The notes: generated from the sequence alone by a model not told the origin. A stretch of DNA of 64,000 nucleotides from Candidatus Brocadiaceae bacterium (GCA_003551305.1 PUMJ01000050.1:12073-76072); one strand, 5' to 3'; positions 6,564-18,160 are shown, counted from the first letter of the stretch. Numbers and translations are program-made.

Positions 6564-8495
6564 ATGAACATTGCGCTCACATTGCCTGACGGCAGCGTCA
6601 TCAAGAGACCCGCCGGCACCACCCCGGCCCAGGTGGCCGCCTCCATCGGCCCCGGGCTGGCGCGCGACGCGCTGGCCGCCCGCGTGGACGGCGCGGCCGT
6701 GGACCTGGACGTGCCCCTGGAGCAGGACGCCGAACTGGCCATCATCACCATAGACAGCCCCGAGGGGCTGGAACTCATGCGCCACAGCGTCAGCCACATT
6801 ATGGCCTGCGCGGTGGGCCGCCTGTTCGACGGCGTCAAGTTCGGCATCGGCCCGGCCATCGAGAACGGTTTCTACTACGATTTCGACGTGGACGGCGCCA
6901 TCAGCGCGGACGACCTGGAGCGCATCGAGGAGGAGATGGCGCGCATCGTCGCCGAGGAGATCCCCTTCGAGCGCGTGGAGATGAACATCGAGGAAGCCCG
7001 CGAGCTGATGCGCCGCAAAGACCAGGTCTATAAGCTCGAGCTGCTGGAGGAGATCGAAGACCACGTCCTCTCCCTCTACCGCACCGAGGGCTTCATTGAC
7101 CTGTGCCGCGGCCCGCACGTGCCGCAGGCGGGCAAGGTCGGCGCCTTCCGGCTGCTGAACGTGGCCGGCGCCTACTGGCGCGGCGATTCCGCCCGGCCCC
7201 AGATGCAGCGCATCTACGGCACAGCCTTCCCGACCGAGAAAGAACTGGAGGAGCACCTGGAGCGCCTGCGCAAGGCCGAGGAGCGCGACCACCGCCGCCT
7301 GGGCCAGGAGCTGGACCTGTTCAGCTTCGATGAGGAGATAGGGCAGGGGCTCGTGCTGTGGCACCCGCGGGGGGAGCGCCTTCGCCAGGTCATCGAGGAC
7401 TACTGGCGCCGGCTCCACGCCGAGCGCGGCTACGAGTTCGTGCGCACCCCGCACATCGCCTCCGAGAAAGTCTTCCGGCGCAGCGGCCACATACCGAAGT
7501 ACGAGGACATGATGTACGCGCCGCTGGTCATTGACGAGGAGCGCTACCGGGTCAAGCCGATGAACTGCCCGGCGCACATCAAGATATTCCAGACCCACAC
7601 CCGCTCCTACCGCGACCTGCCGATCCGCTACGCCGAGCTGGGCACCGTCTACCGCTACGAGCTGAGCGGCGCGCTGCACGGGACGGTGCGGGTGCGGGGC
7701 TTCACCCAGGACGACGCGCACATCTTCTGCACCCCCGAGCAGCTTGTCTCCGAGGTCGAGGACCTGCTGGAACTGGTCGAGGAGATGATGGGGGCCTTCG
7801 GCTACGAATACTCCGTCTATCTGGCCACCCGGCCGGAAGTCTCGCTCGAGACGGCCGGCGATGAGGAGTGGGAACGGGCCACCGAGTCCCTGCGCCGGGC
7901 GCTGGAGGAGAAGGGCGTCGCCTACGAGGTGGACGAGGGCGGCGGCGCCTTCTACGCGCCCAAGATAGACTGCAAGCTGCACGACGCCCTGGGCCGGGAG
8001 TGGCAGGGGCCGACCATCCAGGTGGACCTGAACCTGCCCAAGCGCTTCGAGGTGGTTTACGTCGGGGAGGACGGCCGGGAGCACGAGTGCATCATCGTGC
8101 ACCGCGCCATCCTGGGATCGCTGGAGCGCTTCGTCGGCGGGCTCATCGAGCACTTCGGCGGCTGGTTCCCCGTGTGGCTGGCGCCGGAGCAGGTGCGGGT
8201 GCTGTCCATCACCGACGAGCACGCCGATTACGCCCGCCGGGTGCAGCAGCGGCTGCGGGCGGTCGGGGTGCGCGCCGCCGTGGACGCACGCAACGAGACC
8301 ATGGGCTACAAGGTCCGCGCCGGCACCGTGGACAAGGTGCCCTACCTGCTGATCGTCGGCGACCGCGAGGTGGAGAACGGCACCGTCAGCGTCCGCAGCC
8401 ACGAGCAGGGGGACGAAGGGCCGGCGCCGCTGGACGAGTTCCTCGACCGGATAGGCCGGGAGATAGCGGAAAAGCGCCTGCCGGACGACTTCTGA
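6564..8495 (+). CDS. thrS: Threonine--tRNA ligase
   Basis: N-terminal TGS domain (MNIALTLPDGS...), second additional domain, class II catalytic core and anticodon-binding domain; 643 aa. Confidence 0.95.
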   Translation: MNIALTLPDGSVIKRPAGTTPAQVAASIGPGLARDALAARVDGAAVDLDVPLEQDAELAIITIDSPEGLELMRHSVSHIMACAVGRLFDGVKFGIGPAIENGFYYDFDVDGAISADDLERIEEEMARIVAEEIPFERVEMNIEEARELMRRKDQVYKLELLEEIEDHVLSLYRTEGFIDLCRGPHVPQAGKVGAFRLLNVAGAYWRGDSARPQMQRIYGTAFPTEKELEEHLERLRKAEERDHRRLGQELDLFSFDEEIGQGLVLWHPRGERLRQVIEDYWRRLHAERGYEFVRTPHIASEKVFRRSGHIPKYEDMMYAPLVIDEERYRVKPMNCPAHIKIFQTHTRSYRDLPIRYAELGTVYRYELSGALHGTVRVRGFTQDDAHIFCTPEQLVSEVEDLLELVEEMMGAFGYEYSVYLATRPEVSLETAGDEEWERATESLRRALEEKGVAYEVDEGGGAFYAPKIDCKLHDALGREWQGPTIQVDLNLPKRFEVVYVGEDGREHECIIVHRAILGSLERFVGGLIEHFGGWFPVWLAPEQVRVLSITDEHADYARRVQQRLRAVGVRAAVDARNETMGYKVRAGTVDKVPYLLIVGDREVENGTVSVRSHEQGDEGPAPLDEFLDRIGREIAEKRLPDDF

Positions 8496-8584
8496 GCCCG
8501 GGTTCTCGGCCCGGTAGAACGCGGCTCGCACTGTAGCGCCGCCTATCCGCCGTACAGCGAACGCCCACCTGCCATCTGAAAGCC

Positions 8585-9847
8585 ATGGACTCGCTCGAAC
8601 GCAGCAACGTCATCAAGTGCACCGGCGCCCACGTGCTTTTCGGGTTGGGGGGCGGGCTCACCAGCGCCTTCACCGTGCTGCCGCTGATGCTGAAGGCGCT
8701 GGGGGCGAGCGACCTGGTGCTGGGCGTTGCGTTCAGCCTGGCGACGGCGGGCTGGCTCCTGCTGCAGCCGCTGGCCGTGCTCACCTTCGGGCGGCGCAAG
8801 CGCGGCAAGGGCTTCGTGGTGCCCTGGAGCCTGGCGTTCTCGGTGCCCTGGATAGTGGCTATCGGCGCCGTGGTGGCGCTGCTGGGGCGGGAGCGCCCCA
8901 CCCTGGGCATCGGGCTGGTGCTGGGCCTGCTGGCGGTGCGGGTCGTCGGGGAGGGGATGATATTCCCATTCTGGGACGACTGGTTCGCGCACCTGTTCAG
9001 TCGCCGGTTCCGCGGGCGCGCCCTCGGGCTCGTCTCCGGGTTCATGGGGCTGGGCATCAGCGTCGGGGCGGTGCTGGCGGGCCGGGTGCAGGGGGCGCTG
9101 GAGTTCCCGCTCAGCTACGCCGTGCTGTTCTGGGCGGCGGCGGGCCTGCTGGTGGTCGCCTTCGGGGGCATCTGGTGGATGCGCGATCCGGCCTCGCTCG
9201 CCCGGGACGCCACACAGCACACCTTCGGCGAGTTGCTGAGCAAGTTCGGGCAGTCGTTGCGCGAGGTCAACTTCCGCAACTACCTCATCGGCCGGATCGT
9301 CCTGACGCTCGGCGGCGGCGTGGTGGGCTTCTACGCCGCGCACTTCGGCAGCCCGGCTGGGGGCGACGTCGCACCGGCCACCGTTATCACGCTGGGCATG
9401 TTCATCACGCTGCCGCAGGCCGCGTTCGCCTATCTGCTGGGGCGTCTGGGGGACAGGTCCGGCCACAAGGCCAGCGTCGTGGTGGGCGCCTGCGCGCTGG
9501 CGGCTTCTATCGCCGTGGCATGGCTGGGGCGCGGGACGCTGGCCTGCGGGGTGACCTTCGCCCTGCTGGGGCTCTCGACGGCGGCCGGCTGGGGGCCGCA
9601 CCTGAACATGCTGTATGAGACCTGCCCCCACGACAGCCGCGTGGCCCACATCACGCTCAGCAACCTGGTGCTGAGCCCGTTTCTGCTGGCCGTGCCCGTG
9701 GCGACCGGCTGGCTGCGGGAACTGGCCGGGGTGCACGCCTTCGGGCTGGCGCTTGTGCCCGCCGTCGTCAGCGTCCTGTGGCTTTCCTTCCGCGTCAAGG
9801 AGCCGCGTTCGATAGAGGTGGTGGAGATGGATGAAGGGGCTCGATGA
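8585..9847 (+). CDS. MFS transporter
   Basis: About 12 predicted TM helices and MFS-like organisation. Confidence 0.6.
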   Translation: MDSLERSNVIKCTGAHVLFGLGGGLTSAFTVLPLMLKALGASDLVLGVAFSLATAGWLLLQPLAVLTFGRRKRGKGFVVPWSLAFSVPWIVAIGAVVALLGRERPTLGIGLVLGLLAVRVVGEGMIFPFWDDWFAHLFSRRFRGRALGLVSGFMGLGISVGAVLAGRVQGALEFPLSYAVLFWAAAGLLVVAFGGIWWMRDPASLARDATQHTFGELLSKFGQSLREVNFRNYLIGRIVLTLGGGVVGFYAAHFGSPAGGDVAPATVITLGMFITLPQAAFAYLLGRLGDRSGHKASVVVGACALAASIAVAWLGRGTLACGVTFALLGLSTAAGWGPHLNMLYETCPHDSRVAHITLSNLVLSPFLLAVPVATGWLRELAGVHAFGLALVPAVVSVLWLSFRVKEPRSIEVVEMDEGAR

Positions 9848-9970
9848 GCGGCGCATGGCCACCGCCGGCGCGCCATTGGCCCCGCGGGTTGCCGGTCGTT
9901 CTTGCCGCCGTCCATCTCAGCCATGGACAGGCAACCGGCACAAGGCGCCCGCCGGCCTGCGGCGCCCCGC

Positions 9971-11110
9971 TCAGTCCCGCACGTAGCGCTGGCCGGAGAG
10001 TTGTCGCAGCAGCCCGCGGATCTCAAGCGTCAGCAGGGTGCTGGCGACGATGGAGGTCGGCTGTCCGGTGGCCTCGATGACCTCGTTGATGTGCACGGGC
10101 GTGGGCCCGACCGCTTCGAGGACTTCCTTCTCGCGCTCGTTCAGGGCCAGCACGCGGGGGTCCCGCAAAGGCGGGGCGGGCTGGTCACCTTCCGGGGCGG
10201 GCAGGTCGAGCGGTTCGCTCAAGGGGCCGAGCTCCTCGACGACGTCGCGGGCGTCTTCCACCAGAACGGCGCCGTCCCGGATGAGCTGATGGCAGCCGCG
10301 GCTGCCGGGGCGGTCCACGTCGCCGGGCACGGCGAAGACCTGCCGGCCCTGCTCGCCGGCGTGGCGGGCGGTGATGAGGCTGCCGCTGCGCCGGCCGGCC
10401 TCCACGACCACGACGCCGAGGGACAGGCCGCTGATAATGCGGTTGCGGGGAGGGAAATTCTCGGCGCGGGGCGGCGCATGCATGGGCAGCTCGCTGATGA
10501 CGGCGCCGCTGTCGGCCACTTCGAGCGCCAGTTCGAGCCGGCGACGCGGCAGGTCGCGGGCCAGCCCCTGGCCGAGCACGGCCACGGTGCGCCCGCCGGC
10601 CCGGAGAGCACCCCGGTGGGCCTCCGAATCCACGCCGCGGGCCAGCCCGCTGACCACGGTGAAGCCCATGGAGGCCAGGTCGGCGGCCATGCGCGCGGCC
10701 CGGCGGCGACCGTACTGGGAGCAGCGCCGCGAGCCCACCACGGCGATGGCCAGCCGGTCCTGCTCGGCGAGCCGGCCGCGCACCCGCAGCAGCACGGGGG
10801 CGGCCGAGTCCAGGTGCCGCAGCAGCGCCGGGTAGTCCTCGCTAAAGCACGGCACAAGGCGCACCTGTCGCCTTTCCATCAGGTCCAGTTCCCGCTCGAC
10901 GTCGGCGGGGGACGGCCCCCTGCGGACCGCTTCGGCCAGGCGCCGCCCCACGCCGGGGACGCCGGTGAGGGCGTCTGGCGAAGCCGCCAGCGCCTCCCGC
11001 GCCGAGCCGAAGTGCTCGACGAGCGAGTGTATGGTGCCGCTGCCGATGCCGTCACAGAGCGACAGCCTCAGCAGGGCGAGGGTCTCTTCGCGGTGCTCGC
11101 CTGTTGCCAC
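9971..11110 (-). CDS. dprA: DNA processing protein DprA (Smf)
   Basis: Rossmann-like DprA core with VVSGLARGVDSEAHRGAL, plus a C-terminal winged-helix. Confidence 0.9.
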   Translation of the reverse strand: MATGEHREETLALLRLSLCDGIGSGTIHSLVEHFGSAREALAASPDALTGVPGVGRRLAEAVRRGPSPADVERELDLMERRQVRLVPCFSEDYPALLRHLDSAAPVLLRVRGRLAEQDRLAIAVVGSRRCSQYGRRRAARMAADLASMGFTVVSGLARGVDSEAHRGALRAGGRTVAVLGQGLARDLPRRRLELALEVADSGAVISELPMHAPPRAENFPPRNRIISGLSLGVVVVEAGRRSGSLITARHAGEQGRQVFAVPGDVDRPGSRGCHQLIRDGAVLVEDARDVVEELGPLSEPLDLPAPEGDQPAPPLRDPRVLALNEREKEVLEAVGPTPVHINEVIEATGQPTSIVASTLLTLEIRGLLRQLSGQRYVRD

Positions 11111-11131
11111 GGTGGCAGCTCCGAGGCGGGG

Positions 11132-12024
11132 TCAGTAGTTTTCCAGATATTCGTCCGGTTCCATCCCGTCCATCAGCTCGCGCCAGAACGAGGGGGACGG
11201 TCGGTTGACCTCGACCATGACCTCTTCGGCGTCCTCGAGGAACTCGTGGAGGGCGCGGGTGAGGGGCAGTTCGAAGCCGCGTCGTTCGGCCTCGGCCAGG
11301 TAGTAGGCGAGTTGCCCGGACTTGACGCCCACATCCGTCGCCCTGCCCTGGGGTATCAGGTGGGCGAGGTCGGCCAGTTCCCGGCGCCATCCGTCCTCGC
11401 CGCCGACGCCGCGGATGACGGCCTCCAGCTCTGCGCCGGCCCGCACGCCCAGGGCCAGCGCCTCCAGCAGGGCGGCGCGGCGCAGGCCCATGGCAAGCTG
11501 GTTTACGCCTTTGACGACCTGGCCGCAGCCGCTGGGCCCGCAGTAGACGATGTGGTCGGGCTCGCCGAGCACCTCCAGCAGGGGGCGGTGGCGCTCGAAC
11601 ACGGCCCGCTCGCCGCCGGCGAACATGCGCAACGTGCCGGCCCTGGCCCCGCCGGCCCCCCCGCTGACGGGCACGTCCAGCAACGTGGCGTCGCGCTCGG
11701 CGAACTCGTTGGCCAGCCGGCGCGTCCGGGGTGGCGCCACTGTCCCCAGGTCTATGAATACCTGGTGCGGCCGGGCGTTGGGTACAAGCTCCGCCTCGGC
11801 CACCTCGACGAAGGTCCGGGAATGGGGCAGGGAGGTCAGCACGGGGTCGGCCCGGCAGGCGACATCGGCGGCGGATTCGGCGGGCGCCGCGCCCGCCTCC
11901 ACCGCGACCTCCAGCGCCTCGGGCGCGATGTCGTACGCGATCAGGGGGTAACCTGCGGCGAGGAGGTTGCGCGCCATGGGCCCGCCCATGGACCCGAGTC
12001 CGATAAAGCCGGTTTCCGAGGACA
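11132..12024 (-). CDS. NAD(P)-dependent oxidoreductase, 3-hydroxyisobutyrate dehydrogenase / 6PGDH-like family
   Basis: N-terminal GFIGLGSMGGPMARNL dinucleotide-binding motif. Start taken at MSSETGF (12024), not the upstream extension. Lies 21 nt upstream of dprA on the same strand. Confidence 0.8.
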
Positions 12025-12235
12025 TGTCGGGTTCTCCGATCAGTGAGTAGGTGCGGTTTGCCCGAGCGGGGCCGTGCGGCTCCAGTATACGAGCCGGCGG
12101 CAGGCTTTGCACCCGCCACGGGGAGCGCCGGGTACTTGACACCGACGCCTCGTGATAATAGGGTAAATGGTACGTGGCGGGTCCATTAGGAGCGCGCCAT
12201 GAGGTTCTCGAAGCTTACCGGAGGTTGAGCGGGCC

Positions 12236-13966
12236 ATGATTGCTCTGTCAGATCGTCGCTGGCCGTTTGCTGCCGTTGCTCTGCTGGTGGTGGCCCTGGC
12301 GGTTGCCGTGCTACCTACCGGTTGCGGCAGACCGGATGATCCGGAGTTTTACGTCCAGCAGTTGGCCAGCGAGCGGGACGAGACGCGGCGACGCGCCATT
12401 GAAGAGCTGACGCGGATGCAGGAGCGCGCCATACCCGCCATCGAGGAAGGGCTGCAAAGCGACGATCCCCGGGTGCGTTCCGCCTGCCTGCAGGTGCTGG
12501 GCAGGACGCGCCGGATAAGCTCCCTGCTGACGGCCGGCGAGATGCTGGACGACCCCGACGAGGACGTTCGCCTCCAGGCCATCGAGACAGTGGCCGAACT
12601 GTCCGCCGTCTGGACCGAGAGGAGCACTGAACTGCTGGGCAAGGCGCTGCGCCAGGACAACCCCGAGGTGATCCAGAGAGCCGCCCAGGGTCTGAGGGAA
12701 CTGCACGAAGCCGAGGCCATCGAGGTACTGCGTCAGGAGTATGAACAAGGGGATGGGTTGTCCGCCATCTATGCCGCCCGCCACCTCTACGAGGAAGAAC
12801 CCGCGCCGGAGATCGCGCGCTTCCTGCTGGAATCGGTGCGCGCGGGCGCAGATGATGAAATCGAGGCCGCCCGCTCCGCCCTGAAGGAGCTGCAAGACCG
12901 CATCGTGCCGGAACTGGTCGAGTTCGCCGGCCGGCACGGCGGCCGCCCGGAGGAGTTGCTGATCGAGACCCGCGACGACCTGATAGCCGAACTGAACCGA
13001 ATACTGGATGCCCGACGGGCGCAGGACATCCTGGCCGCCCTCGGCGTGATAGCCGATGAGCCGAGCGTCGAGAAGCTGATCACCGACATGCAGGACACGC
13101 GCCTGCAGAGTTCCTGGCGCGTGGCGGCGGCCGACGCCCTGGGCACGGCGGCCGCCTCCGACCGCAGCACCCGCCCGCTACGGCGCCGCATCACCGAAGC
13201 GCTCAACCAGACGATGGACAGGGGCAGGGAAGACAACCGCGTCCGGATAGCGGCGGCCATCTCCCTGTGCCGGCTGCGCCAGGACTCCGGTGTCGAATAC
13301 CTGCTGACACAGCTCGACCGGTTCCAGGACATCGTCGGCGGCGAGCAGAGGCTCAGCGGTTCGGAACTGGACGCCCTGAAAGAACTGCGCATCCGCGCCC
13401 AGGAAGCCCTGACGGCCTCCGGCGAGTTCGTGGTCGAGCCCCTGCGCCAGAGGCTCACGGCGGATGAAGAACCCGGCCCGATCATCATCTGGGCGGCGGT
13501 CAAGACCTTCGGCGAGCTGAGGGTCGATGACACGGTGCCGCTTATGCGCCGGTTCATCCTGGACCGGCGCGAGCCCACCGAACAGCGTCCGCTCATAGAG
13601 GTCCGGGAAGACGGGCAACTGAGCGTGGAAGTGGTCCTGCCCAACTGGCAGGAACCCGACGAACAGGAAGTCCGGGCTTTGATCGACGAGCTGGAGCCGT
13701 TCAGGTATCCGGAATACGTGCGATGGACGGTGGCCAACGCGCTGCGGCAGATAGGCGGGCAGGAAGCCGAGGACATCCTGGCCGAGGCCGCCGGCGAGAA
13801 GCAGGACTTCGTGGACCGGCTGCGCGCCAACCAGGACCTGCGGGACTACCACATGCGCGCGCCCGTCATCGAAGGGCTTATTGCCCGCCACGAGGATGTG
13901 CTCTTCTACGTGAGGCTGGCGATGGAGCAGCTCGGCATGCCGCTGGTGGCTCAGACGGGGTCGTAA
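12236..13966 (+). CDS. HEAT/PBS-lyase repeat lipoprotein
   Basis: Lipoprotein-type signal (..LPTGCG) followed by many HEAT-like repeats (DP.VR..A...LG). Confidence 0.7.
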   Translation: MIALSDRRWPFAAVALLVVALAVAVLPTGCGRPDDPEFYVQQLASERDETRRRAIEELTRMQERAIPAIEEGLQSDDPRVRSACLQVLGRTRRISSLLTAGEMLDDPDEDVRLQAIETVAELSAVWTERSTELLGKALRQDNPEVIQRAAQGLRELHEAEAIEVLRQEYEQGDGLSAIYAARHLYEEEPAPEIARFLLESVRAGADDEIEAARSALKELQDRIVPELVEFAGRHGGRPEELLIETRDDLIAELNRILDARRAQDILAALGVIADEPSVEKLITDMQDTRLQSSWRVAAADALGTAAASDRSTRPLRRRITEALNQTMDRGREDNRVRIAAAISLCRLRQDSGVEYLLTQLDRFQDIVGGEQRLSGSELDALKELRIRAQEALTASGEFVVEPLRQRLTADEEPGPIIIWAAVKTFGELRVDDTVPLMRRFILDRREPTEQRPLIEVREDGQLSVEVVLPNWQEPDEQEVRALIDELEPFRYPEYVRWTVANALRQIGGQEAEDILAEAAGEKQDFVDRLRANQDLRDYHMRAPVIEGLIARHEDVLFYVRLAMEQLGMPLVAQTGS

Positions 13967-14199
13967 CCGCCGGGAAACAGCGGGTTGCAGCGCAGTATCC
14001 GCAACAGGCCTTTCAACACCCCGACAACCAGGCCTTTCTTGCGGATGGCCTCTATCATGTACTGGCTGCAGGAGGGCCGGAAGCGGCAGCACGGCGGCAG
14101 CAGGGGCGAGATGCACCTCTGGTAGAACCGCACCAGGCCCACGGCCAGCCCGGCCAGCGCCCGTTCAATCCATCTCAGCGGTTTCAGAAGAGCTTCCAT
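13951..14199 (-). CDS. yidD: Membrane protein insertion efficiency factor YidD
   Basis: Conserved YidD sequence ([24 protein letters not shown]), 82 aa. Overlaps the rnpA 3' end. Confidence 0.9.
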   Translation of the reverse strand: MEALLKPLRWIERALAGLAVGLVRFYQRCISPLLPPCCRFRPSCSQYMIEAIRKKGLVVGVLKGLLRILRCNPLFPGGYDPV

Positions 14200-14545
14200 G
14201 GTCCGCGTTCAGCCTCTCGACCAGTTCCAGGAACGCTTCGGGCACGCGCCGCACCTCCCCGCCCTCTGCCTCCCACGCCACAGAGACCACCAGGTCGTAG
14301 GGCCGCGCCAGCCGGTGACGGTGCAGCCGGAACGCCTCGCGGATGGCCCGCTTCCAGCGGTTGCGCACCACGGCACCGCCGACCCGGCGGCTGACCGCCA
14401 GCCCCAGGCGGCTGCGGCCTCCCTGGCGCGGCAGGGCGCGCACCCGCAGCGGATGAACGTTCATGCGGCGTCCACGGCGATGCACGCGTGCGAAGTCGCC
14501 GGAGCGGACGATGCGCGCCGTTTTCGGAAAGCCGAACCGTTTCAT
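14165..14545 (-). CDS. rnpA: Ribonuclease P protein component
   Basis: RnpA signature (..[11 protein letters not shown]...[25 protein letters not shown]). Start is the internal MKRF at 14545; the longer ORF extension is rejected. Confidence 0.85.
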   Translation of the reverse strand: MKRFGFPKTARIVRSGDFARVHRRGRRMNVHPLRVRALPRQGGRSRLGLAVSRRVGGAVVRNRWKRAIREAFRLHRHRLARPYDLVVSVAWEAEGGEVRRVPEAFLELVERLNADHGSSSETAEMD

Positions 14546-15243
14546 TCCCAGCGACCGGTTATCGAACGCAGCAGCGAGAGCCACTCGTCCACCTCGAAGA
14601 TAGTCCCGGGCTCTTGCCGCCGGGCGGGCCAGCCGTAGCGGTAAGTGCGCTGCGGCATCTGCAGCATCAGGCACGGGACGTCCCACCACTCGCCCCGCCA
14701 GAAACGGAGCAGGTCCTCCAAAGGATGCTCGTGCTCGCCGGACCGGCCCCAGCCGCTCTCGCCCACGATCTGCAGGCGGGGCTCGAAGCGCACCCTCCGT
14801 TCCGTCAGCACGAGTTCGCCCGTGCTGATCTCGAACCACTCGCACGTGGGATACGGAAAATACCGCACCTCGCTTCGCAGGCGTTCCGGCTCGCGGCGGG
14901 CGGGTTCGGGTTCCGGCGTCCCGGTGGTCTCGACAGCGAACTCGGCGGCGTCAACCTCGATCTCGACCTCCTCGGCCGCTGCGGCAGGGTGCTCTGGCCG
15001 GAGCAGCTCCCGGGCTTCCCGCAACCGGGCCTCGGCCACCTCGCCTTCCGCCCTCAATAGGACGCCCCCCTCGGCGGCCTCCACCGTGATCGCCCCGGCC
15101 AGCGCCGGCCGCCGGCGCTGCAGCCAGCGTCGCACGGCATAGGCCCTCGCCTGCGGGCTCAGGGCTCCCGCAGGAGCCCCCAGCACGCGAGCGGACAGTT
15201 CGGCAGCCGGTATGCGCATCTGCTCCTCGCGGCTCATAGTCAT
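14542..15243 (-). CDS. Hypothetical protein
   Basis: Stop overlaps the rnpA start (ATGA). Start MTMSREEQ (15243) overlaps the apbE stop. No recognisable domain. Confidence 0.45.
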   Translation of the reverse strand: MTMSREEQMRIPAAELSARVLGAPAGALSPQARAYAVRRWLQRRRPALAGAITVEAAEGGVLLRAEGEVAEARLREARELLRPEHPAAAAEEVEIEVDAAEFAVETTGTPEPEPARREPERLRSEVRYFPYPTCEWFEISTGELVLTERRVRFEPRLQIVGESGWGRSGEHEHPLEDLLRFWRGEWWDVPCLMLQMPQRTYRYGWPARRQEPGTIFEVDEWLSLLRSITGRWE

Positions 15244-16313
15244 TCCGCCAGAAACCGCCCAAACCCACTGGAAAGGTGGCGCGAGAGACTGCCGTCCGGC
15301 TCCCGCACCAGCAACATACACTCGACCTCCGGCAGGGACTCGACAAGTTCCAGCCCCGGCTCCGCCCCCACCACGCTCAGCGTCGTGGACAGGGCGTCCG
15401 CCGTCATCGCGTCCGGCGCCACCACCGTCACGCTGGCCATATGCTCGACGGGACGGCCGCTGCGGGGGTCCACGATGTGGGAGAACCACTCGTCGCCGAT
15501 CCGGAATCCGCGCGCATAGTCGCCGCTGGTGGCCACCCCGGCCTCATGAAGCTGCAGAATTGTCACATCAACCCCTCCCTCGGGCGAGCGCACCCCGATG
15601 CGCCAGTGCTGCTCGCCCGCGGGCAGACCGAACAGGCGGATGTCGCCGCCGACGTCCACCAGCCCGGCCTCGGCGCCGGCCTCGATCATCGCCTCCGCCG
15701 CCAGGTCCACGGCGTAGCCCTTCGCTATGCCGCCCAGGTCAACCTTCATGCCGGACTCCAGGAAGCGGCCGCTCCCCTCGCCGACCTCCAGCTTCTGCCA
15801 GCCCACGCGGCGCAGTGTCTGCCGGACGAGTTCATCATCGGGGACCCGGCCGCTACCGGCGGCCTCCCGCCACAGCGTGCGCAGCGGGGCGTAGGTGACG
15901 TCGAAGGCGCCCTCGCTGAGGCGCGAGAACTCCCGGGCCGTCCGCAGCACCGTCACCGTCTCCGCCGAGAGGGCCACCTCCCGCTCCGCCCCGTAGCGGT
16001 TCAGTCGGCTGACCTCGCTCTCCTCCCGAAAGGTGCTCATCAGCGTCTCGACGGACTCGATGGCCCCCGCGGCGGCCATCAGAAACGGGCGGGCCGCTGA
16101 CGCCGAGGGCGCCTCCACAGCCACGCGCGCGTCCGTCCCCATGGCGCTGAAGCGGGTCTCGAAACGCTCCGGCCGCCCACGGGTCGGCTGGATGACGAAC
16201 TCATCCTGCCTCGGCGCATGGGCCGTCCGCTCGCCGCTCAGCCACAGCGCCGCCGCCAGCGCCGCGAGGGCGACGAGCGCTATGGCGGTTTTCATCTTTC
16301 CGGGCATCGTCAT
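15240..16313 (-). CDS. apbE: FAD:protein FMN transferase (ApbE family) lipoprotein
   Basis: ApbE family motifs (..DLGGIAKGYAVD..) and an N-terminal signal peptide. Confidence 0.85.
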   Translation of the reverse strand: MTMPGKMKTAIALVALAALAAALWLSGERTAHAPRQDEFVIQPTRGRPERFETRFSAMGTDARVAVEAPSASAARPFLMAAAGAIESVETLMSTFREESEVSRLNRYGAEREVALSAETVTVLRTAREFSRLSEGAFDVTYAPLRTLWREAAGSGRVPDDELVRQTLRRVGWQKLEVGEGSGRFLESGMKVDLGGIAKGYAVDLAAEAMIEAGAEAGLVDVGGDIRLFGLPAGEQHWRIGVRSPEGGVDVTILQLHEAGVATSGDYARGFRIGDEWFSHIVDPRSGRPVEHMASVTVVAPDAMTADALSTTLSVVGAEPGLELVESLPEVECMLLVREPDGSLSRHLSSGFGRFLAE

Positions 16314-16378
16314 CAGGGCTTCCGGCAGATCTCAGCAAATGGTTCCTCGGGGCAGGACCCGTGCGGCCGCCGGCCCTT

Positions 16379-17730
16379 TCACGCACCCCGGCCGCCGCCG
16401 GAGACCGCCGGCTCGGCCCGCACCGGATGCACCTGGCCGCCCATGCTGCGCGCCATGCCTGCGTACTTCGGCGCCATTTTCACGCGCAATTCCATGGTGG
16501 TCTCGCCGCAGTTCGTCTCCAGCACATGTCCGTTCTCGTGCAGGAACGCGATCAGGCGGCCGTTTTCGACGCCCGCCACGACACGGAAAGCCTCCAGCTT
16601 CCGGTCCAGGGCCCGGCAAACCTCCTCCCGCACCTCGTCCAGCCCCTGGCCGGAGACGGCGCTGGTGCATATGACCTCTCCGACCAGCTTCCGCAGCAGC
16701 GGCAGCTCGGACAGGTCCTCCACCAGGTCCGTCTTGTTCAGCAGGTACAGGGTCGGCTTCCCGCCGCAGTCCACCACGCGCAGGGCCTGCCGGACGGATC
16801 GGACCTCCTTCTCGGCGTTGTGCCGGGAGGCGTCAATGACGTGCAGCAGCAGGTCGGCCTGGCGCGCCTCCTCCAGCGTGGCGTGGAAGGAGGCGACCAG
16901 GTGGTGCGGGAACTTGCGCACGAAGCCGACCGTGTCGCTGATAAGTGCCTTGCGGCCGCCGGGCAACTCCCACTCGCGCGTGCGGGTGTCCAGCGTCTCG
17001 AACAGCCGGTCCCGCACCGAAACCCCCGCGCCGGTCAGCGCGTTCATGATGCTGGACTTGCCGGCGTTGGTATAGCCGACCAGCGCCACCGTGGCGAACT
17101 GGTCGGTGCGGCCCTCGACCATCGTGTGGCGGCGGTCTTCGACCCGGCTCAGCGACTCCTTCAGCTCGTGGATGCGCCGCTGCACCAGGCGGCGGTCCAC
17201 CTCGAGCTGCTTCTCGCCGGGGCCGCGCACGCCGATGCCGCCGCCTGCCGGCCCGCCCAGGGTGCCGCCGGCCGTCCGGTCCAGGTGCGTCCACCTCCGC
17301 TTCAGGCGCGGCAGTTCGTACTCGAGCTGGGCCAGCTCCACCTGGAGTCGCGCCTGCTTGGTGCGCGCGTGCGAGGCGAAGATGTCCAGGATCACCTCGC
17401 TGCGGTCAACCACCTTCAGGTCGAGCTTCTGTTCCAGTTTCTTCACCTGGGCGGGGGAGAGTTCGTCGTCACAGATGACGACGTCCGCATTCCGGGCGTC
17501 GCATAACTGCGCCAGCTCCTCCACCTTGCCCTTGCCGACGTAGCAGGCCGGGTCCGGCTTATTCCTTTTCTGGCGAATGCGCCCCACCACTCTGGCGCGC
17601 GCGGAATGCGCGAGGCTGGCCAGCTCCTCGAAGGCCGCCTCGTGGTCCACCTCGTCCCCCCAACCGGCCACCTGCACAAGGACGGCGCGTTCTGCGCGCA
17701 GCGCCAGGTCCGTTCTTCTCAGCTCTGCCA
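16379..17730 (-). CDS. hflX: GTPase HflX
   Basis: HflX N-domain plus G-domain (VALVGYTNAGKSSIMNALTG, DTVGFVRKFPHHLV). Start taken at MAELRR (~17730). Confidence 0.9.
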
Positions 17731-18160
17731 TGTGGCTCCAATGCTTTGAGTGAGAGGTCAACCCGCTCCCTGCGGGCCTATCCTCATTATATGAGCCCGC
17801 CGCCCGGAACGCCACCCCGTCCGTCCCGACGGACTCGTGTTGTCGGGGCGCCGCCGCCCCAACGGGACGCCGCTCCGAAAGAGCGCCATATACCAGCCCC
17901 GGGCGCAGCCCGGGGTCCCCCGAACGCCCCCGAAACCCGCGCCCTGAATGGGCGCCACAGGGGTTGCAGGAGGAATGCGTGGCATCCGCCTGCCCTGTCT
18001 GCGTGCAAGGCGCAGGCCGGCGCAAACCGGCAGTCGGAAAAAGCGGCGGCAAGCGGCGCGCTCACAGAGCGCGCCGCACTCCAGGGGACGCGGCCCGGAC
18101 GATGCAGGGCTGTGCGACATGCACGAACGGTGATCACTGGAGTCCGGACCGGCGTTTCGT

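Noticed and set aside
6285-8531. 748-aa minus-strand ORF.
   Set aside because: It lies entirely antisense to thrS, which has unmistakable ThrRS domains. It is a high-GC frame artefact.
14546-14845. N-terminal extension of the rnpA ORF (226-aa version), and a search for rpmH upstream of rnpA.
   Set aside because: The extension has no RnpA similarity and overlaps the convincing upstream ORF. The true start is MKRF at 14545. Manual translation of the minus strand found no L34-like peptide.
18130-18155. GGAGTCCGGACC, resembling the GAGGAAAGTCCGGGC P4 region of RNase P RNA.
   Set aside because: It is only a partial, imperfect match. No other RNase P RNA conserved regions occur nearby.
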